From Flectonema sp. DT1601 (taxonomy: Eukaryota): a stretch of DNA of 64,000 nucleotides. Below, piece by piece: positions 59,067 through 64,000 of the stretch; position 1 is the first letter of the stretch, and each line of letters starts with the position of its first letter. A model generated the notes under the pieces. The model did not search any database. It was not told where the DNA came from and worked only from the letters and a program-made list of their open reading frames with translations. Location of the stretch: NCBI GenBank assembly GCA_964019425.1, contig OZ025783.1, positions 806,001-870,000 of the forward strand. Direction: 5' to 3'. A program made the position numbers and the translations under genes.

Positions 59067-59741
59067 ATGTCTCGTGGAGGACCACCAAGTGGGTTGGAAC
59101 TTTTAAAACAGGTTCTTGTTAAAAGACGAGACACTCCAGACCAAAAGAAATTAGTGGGGGACAAATACCAACCCTTTTACGGAATTACATGTGTTTTACA
59201 CTTGAGAAACGACTGTTTTGAAGCTTGGGGGAAATTGCTGTACCAGAGACTTGCTGCTGACCCTATTATAACAAACGTCATGGCGCTATTACCACCAGAG
59301 AGTTACCATGTGACATTACGTGGACTGGAGCCGTGTATCGAACTCTTCTCATCTCCAGAAGAAATGTTTCTTAAGTTAAAAGCAGCTCAGGACAGTTTAA
59401 ACCGACTCACTAAAGACAAACCAATAATTATGTTACCACAAATATCTTCCAGACTAGGCAGCTTTAACCTATCATCTCCTTCTAACTCACAGGAGTCTTT
59501 ACTTAGGTCTGGAGAAGAATTACTGCTTGGTCTACTACCTGATGAGCAGTCACAGCGGATGCAAAAATGGCATTTATCACTGGGTTACAATATTGGTAAG
59601 CCGCCGAAATCTGCTCTTAAAGCTGCTCACACTGCCCTCACTCATCATATTAATGTAATGGGTCTCCCTCAGCTACATGTGATCACTCCAGAAATATGTG
59701 TTTATGAGTCAATGGAGCATTTCAAACCTCTCTTTACGTAG
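59067..59741 (+). CDS. 2H phosphoesterase superfamily protein (DUF1868-like), 224 aa
   Basis: Two HxT/S motifs, LLPPESYHVTL and WHLSLGY; N-terminal GDKYQPFYGITCV. Confidence 0.8.
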   Translation: MSRGGPPSGLELLKQVLVKRRDTPDQKKLVGDKYQPFYGITCVLHLRNDCFEAWGKLLYQRLAADPIITNVMALLPPESYHVTLRGLEPCIELFSSPEEMFLKLKAAQDSLNRLTKDKPIIMLPQISSRLGSFNLSSPSNSQESLLRSGEELLLGLLPDEQSQRMQKWHLSLGYNIGKPPKSALKAAHTALTHHINVMGLPQLHVITPEICVYESMEHFKPLFT

Positions 59742-60207
59742 GGGCTGGTGATACAAGTTTGTTGATAAAATAATACCTCCCTGGCCTACGTTTTACTTAC
59801 CTCGCTTGACGTCGAAAAAAGGAATCGTAAAAGCGTAACTTTGATTCTCTTTTTTGCATTTTCATCTCGTCGGTGATTACAGTTAACATACTAGCTAATA
59901 TTTATTGTGTAGCTGTACTCTCCTTTGATTCCTCGGTGTGATCCGATACGTGTCTCTCTAAACGGTCAAAGCCCTATCCCTTGTGACCAGTAATGTATTA
60001 AATTATTGACATAGTATGGTATTGTTACTGTTCTGTATGCTTACAGGTTTATTTAAAAATGTTGTTGTGATTGGCTACCGTAGGGATGTCCAGAGTTCCG
60101 AAACCAACTGAGCAGCGTTAACCAGAAAGAAATTATCGAAGATAAGTCAGCTGCTCTTGTCCCTGTTTGTGACTACTATTAATTATTGTACAGGCCCACT
60201 CCGTAAT

Positions 60208-61308
60208 ATGTTTCTCAGACAAACTAGTCGGGTGATAAGATGTTGCTCGTCAAAGTCAGATAAGAAAGGTAAATCTGTTTCTGATATTGTTTTTAGAAAT
60301 GCGGTTCAAGAGAAGCACATTATCATACAAGACGCTACCAAGGAACTGGCTGAACCCGCACCGAGAGATCCGAATATTCCGAAAGAAGTTGTTGTGAAAT
60401 TAAACCAAGATGAGATGTGGAAAGATTGGGAACAAATAGAAAAGACTCTCACTTCTGATGAGATACTTGATGTTCCTGAGTACGCGTCAATGCTGACTGT
60501 TCATTTGAGAATGGTCCAGCTGAGTTTACGAACCCGCGAAGATAAATATTTTAACATTTCAAAATACCTCCGCAATCACATGAAACGAAGACGAGTAACT
60601 TACAAGAATGCTTTTCAAACATTAAAACACATGGAATTCCATCGCCGTTCCAAAGCCAAGGCTCTATTTTCTCTTCGCAACATCGATAAATATAACTCGG
60701 GAGATTTTCAGGTGCAAAACTACTCAAATTTTATCAACGGCAGAATGCAAAGAGATTTACTTACCATGTACAAAGAAGATTCCATCACTCGCCATGCTCG
60801 GGTACTTATTCGAATTGACGCACGCAAAAGGGAAAAAGAATACTGGAAACAGGATGAATTCTATTGGACAAAAACTGAAACCAAACTTCACAAATATAAA
60901 GAAATGGCAAGGCTTGCCAAGCACGCTATAAAACTACCTTTTATATTTATCATCTTTAGAACAGCAGTTACTACAGCGGAACATACCTCTTTGATGTTTG
61001 ACTATGCAAGAATGATAGCAAAAGGATACAAGCCTGTTACTGTACAAAATGACCAAACGACTCCGTTAGATAATCCAATGCACGAATCACTTCGCCGTCG
61101 TATCAGCCACACACGTGATTCATCTCCGGTTATAAATTTTATTGTGTTTGCTGCTATTGGAACAATGATTACGTTTACCTTCTTCTACGTAAAGGAAGCC
61201 AGACTTCCTCTATTTTTAGTACCCGAAAATGAAAGGGAATTCCTCAAAGAGTTGTACGCTGATACCAGAATTCCAACTACTTCACAATTGGGTTCTAAAA
61301 AACTATAG
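60208..61308 (+). CDS. Hypothetical mitochondrial-type membrane protein, 366 aa
   Basis: Presequence-like MFLRQTSRVIRCCSS, a basic body, and a TM segment VINFIVFAAIGTMITFTFFYV near the C-terminus. Confidence 0.75.
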   Translation: MFLRQTSRVIRCCSSKSDKKGKSVSDIVFRNAVQEKHIIIQDATKELAEPAPRDPNIPKEVVVKLNQDEMWKDWEQIEKTLTSDEILDVPEYASMLTVHLRMVQLSLRTREDKYFNISKYLRNHMKRRRVTYKNAFQTLKHMEFHRRSKAKALFSLRNIDKYNSGDFQVQNYSNFINGRMQRDLLTMYKEDSITRHARVLIRIDARKREKEYWKQDEFYWTKTETKLHKYKEMARLAKHAIKLPFIFIIFRTAVTTAEHTSLMFDYARMIAKGYKPVTVQNDQTTPLDNPMHESLRRRISHTRDSSPVINFIVFAAIGTMITFTFFYVKEARLPLFLVPENEREFLKELYADTRIPTTSQLGSKKL

Positions 61309-61743
61309 AAAGCTAGTCAGTCACACGAAGTGTTGTCTGGAGTCTTTTTATATGGCGGTGCTATTATGCTTAGTTCTCTTCTAACATAAAAAGATAGACA
61401 GCGAATCAGTTGTGTGTTCAATAGTGAGATTTACAATAAATCTTAAATTATAACTGCTGGACTAATCCATACAGCACTGCACACTGTTGTTTGCTTTGTG
61501 TTTTGGTTTTGATATTTTGTGTCAGCAAATACGAATCGTAAAAATATATTTACTCGTAGACGTTAATATTGTCAAGTTGATTGTGTTATCCTATCATCTG
61601 TTAGGAGTGGTATTAAAATATTTATATTCTCTCTGGTCACAGGAACCCAAGCAACAAGTAATCTTCCAAGGAAGGACATTCTGTAGGATTATTAGAAAGA
61701 AGACAAGTTGTACTAATTATTACTCAGATCTCATAGTAACAAA

Positions 61744-63141
61744 ATGCTCAGATTTGCTGTTGGAGGTGCAACCACAGTCGGAGGGCTCTGGTTCCTGAGT
61801 GGCTCTGATTTCGTAAGAGGCAGCCCACCAGGAATGGTACCAATCGAACAAACCTTGAGCACTGATAAAGTACTCCATGGAAAGTATGACGTAGTTGTAG
61901 TCGGAGGTGGTATTATTGGAATGGCTACAGCTAATGAAATTTTAAAGAGATATCCAAACAAGAAGGTTGCTGTTCTGGAAAAGGAAGCAGCAGTAGCGAT
62001 GCACCAGTCTGGTCACAACAGTGGTGTGATTCACGCGGGTATGTACTACCAGCCGGGATCGAAAATGGCAGCCTGCTGTGTTGAAGGTGCGGACATGATG
62101 TACGAGTACGCTGATAAGAAGAATATCCCTTGTAAAAGAATTGGAAAGCTGATCGTGGCAACTAACGCTGAAGAAGACAAGCAGGTTGATAAGTTGTTCC
62201 ACCAGGGCGTCGCAAACGGTGTAAAAGATTTGAAAGTTTTAACAGGACCTGAGGTACGAGGTATCGAACCAAACGTTGTTGCGACTTCAGCTCTCGAATC
62301 CCCCAACACGGGTGTTATCGACTACGGTGCGGTAACCCGCTCTCTGGCAAAGGATTTTGAAGCAGCTGGCGGATCGATCAAATTTAATTTCAAGGCTGAG
62401 AACTACGACGTCCAGTCAACTGGTGCGCTCCACATCTCTGGAATGGAACAACAGCAAAAAGGACCAACAAAAGTTATTGAAACTAATCAACTCATCACAT
62501 GCGCTGGTCTTTGGATGGACAAGGTTGGTCAGGCTGGAGGAGGTGAAGCAGGTCCAATGGTAATGACGTTTAGAGGTACTTATCATCAAATGAAACCTGA
62601 GTACCGTAATATTGTAAAGAGGAATATCTATCCAGTTCCAACTGGTGGTGGTATCCCAACTGGTGTTCATTTCACTCCAACAGTCAACAGAGAACGTGGT
62701 GAGCAGATGATCATCGGACCTGGTGCATGTCTCACTCTTCACAAGGAGGGATACAGATTCTCCGACTTCTCATTCGAACACGTCTACGACATCATTACGA
62801 ACGTTGGGTTTTGGAACTTCGCATTTGGTAACTTTGACATGGCCGTCACAGAGATGTACCGTGACCTCAGCCGTAGAGCATTTCTTGATCAGGCAAGAAA
62901 GCTTGTCCCATGCGTAACAGATGAAATGGTTGAGTCTTCATTTGCTGGTGTAATGGCACAAGTATTCACTGATGAAGGAGGTCCTCAAAAAGATTACATC
63001 TTCGACAGAAAGAAGTTAAATGGGACAACTCTTCACTTGAGAAATGCTCCTTCTCCAGCAGCAACATCGAGTCTCGCACTCGCTAAGAAATTAATTGATG
63101 TGGCGGAAGAAGACTTCGAGTGGAAAACAAAGTCTGCATAA
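61744..63141 (+). CDS. L2HGDH: L-2-hydroxyglutarate dehydrogenase (FAD-dependent, LhgO/L2HGDH), 465 aa
   Basis: VVVGGGIIG, HQSGHNSGVIHAGMYY, IYPVP..GVHFTP and RNAPSPAATSSLA. Confidence 0.95.
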   Translation: MLRFAVGGATTVGGLWFLSGSDFVRGSPPGMVPIEQTLSTDKVLHGKYDVVVVGGGIIGMATANEILKRYPNKKVAVLEKEAAVAMHQSGHNSGVIHAGMYYQPGSKMAACCVEGADMMYEYADKKNIPCKRIGKLIVATNAEEDKQVDKLFHQGVANGVKDLKVLTGPEVRGIEPNVVATSALESPNTGVIDYGAVTRSLAKDFEAAGGSIKFNFKAENYDVQSTGALHISGMEQQQKGPTKVIETNQLITCAGLWMDKVGQAGGGEAGPMVMTFRGTYHQMKPEYRNIVKRNIYPVPTGGGIPTGVHFTPTVNRERGEQMIIGPGACLTLHKEGYRFSDFSFEHVYDIITNVGFWNFAFGNFDMAVTEMYRDLSRRAFLDQARKLVPCVTDEMVESSFAGVMAQVFTDEGGPQKDYIFDRKKLNGTTLHLRNAPSPAATSSLALAKKLIDVAEEDFEWKTKSA

Positions 63142-64000
63142 AAACTGTTTTGATGTGGCGGTTTGTCTTTTGTACGTAGTGCGTGATTCCCAACTGCTAT
63201 TGTCTGACTGTTAGTGACTTTCTGTGATGGGTATGTAATAGTTGAGCAACAACTGTTTAGCTCAAATGAGGATAACGATGTCAACCTTCCTAATCCAGAC
63301 ATTGTCCGCTAATCAGGTTCCATGTTGCTGGGGCACGTCTACTGAGTTTTTGATAATTATACCCGTCGGGTGTTTGCTATTCCGACATACTTCCGCTTTC
63401 CAGTTGTTAATCGACGGGGTTTGAGAGTCATGTCTGTGAGCTTAGTGCCACTTGCGAGAATTTCCCACCTGCTCAAGAGAACGTCGCTTCAGTTAATAAG
63501 CAAACTGTATGGCTTGTGAATATGCTTGCGAAAGTGGTTGGCGGCAACAATCTTATTTAATACCCGATTGCTATCATCGTCCTTCAAAAGACAACGTGAA
63601 ATATTTATCTGCTGATATTCCTGCTGATCTTTAATTCTGAGGAGTGGTCGACTTGAACCTGACGAGACAACAAGCGCACGTTGTAGTTATAATGGCAACT
63701 CATTCCGACCCTGGAAGGAATACTAGTGTTTTAGTAGAACAAACGAAACAGGTCAGAGAGGGGGGAAGGAAAAAAAAAAAGAAAGAAACCGAAAAAGAAT
63801 TTTTTTTTTCCCCTAAAAAAAAAAAAAGCCTGAGCCTGACCACGCGCGGCGATCAATGTTAGGTCATTTTCAATCACACTAAATATTATTACTTAAACAG
63901 GACACCCAACGCCAATGCTTTTATTTTCAGTTATCGTAACCGCGACATTGGGTAGTGTAATTAATCCACAAGAAATTGCTTCTAAAGAAGGTTTTGTTGC

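Overview
Eukaryotic nuclear DNA, AT-rich with many homopolymer tracts. It is most consistent with a euglenozoan, probably a diplonemid-like protist; this is inferred from beta-tubulin signatures, a one-strand gene cluster and cis-introns. Positions 1-24,100 contain no credible CDS. From 24.2 to 63.1 kb there are 17 protein genes, all on the + strand: ELO elongase, MARCH RING-CH ligase, a 904-aa secreted unknown, a TM/polyQ/FG protein, beta-tubulin, an Arl8/Arl18-like GTPase, a PARP-domain protein, a small mitochondrial-type unknown, a dCache receptor with a degenerate cyclase, a LARP6-like protein, a Mad1-like coiled coil, another coiled coil, a Qc-SNARE, a stand-alone retroposon-type (RLE) endonuclease, a 2H phosphoesterase, a mitochondrial-type TM protein and L-2-hydroxyglutarate dehydrogenase. 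Ten GT-AG introns were reconstructed by hand. They share a GTWTGY donor and an A/C-rich rather than polypyrimidine 3' end, whereas AG sites upstream of start codons are pyrimidine-rich. A gene-free gap at 43.8-51.3 kb holds a 1.2-kb element with long imperfect terminal inverted repeats and other repeat relics. The most interesting items are the apparently domesticated RLE nuclease with a presequence-like N-terminus next to a 2H phosphoesterase, and the two classes of splice acceptor. All family calls come from motif recognition by eye; no searches were run.
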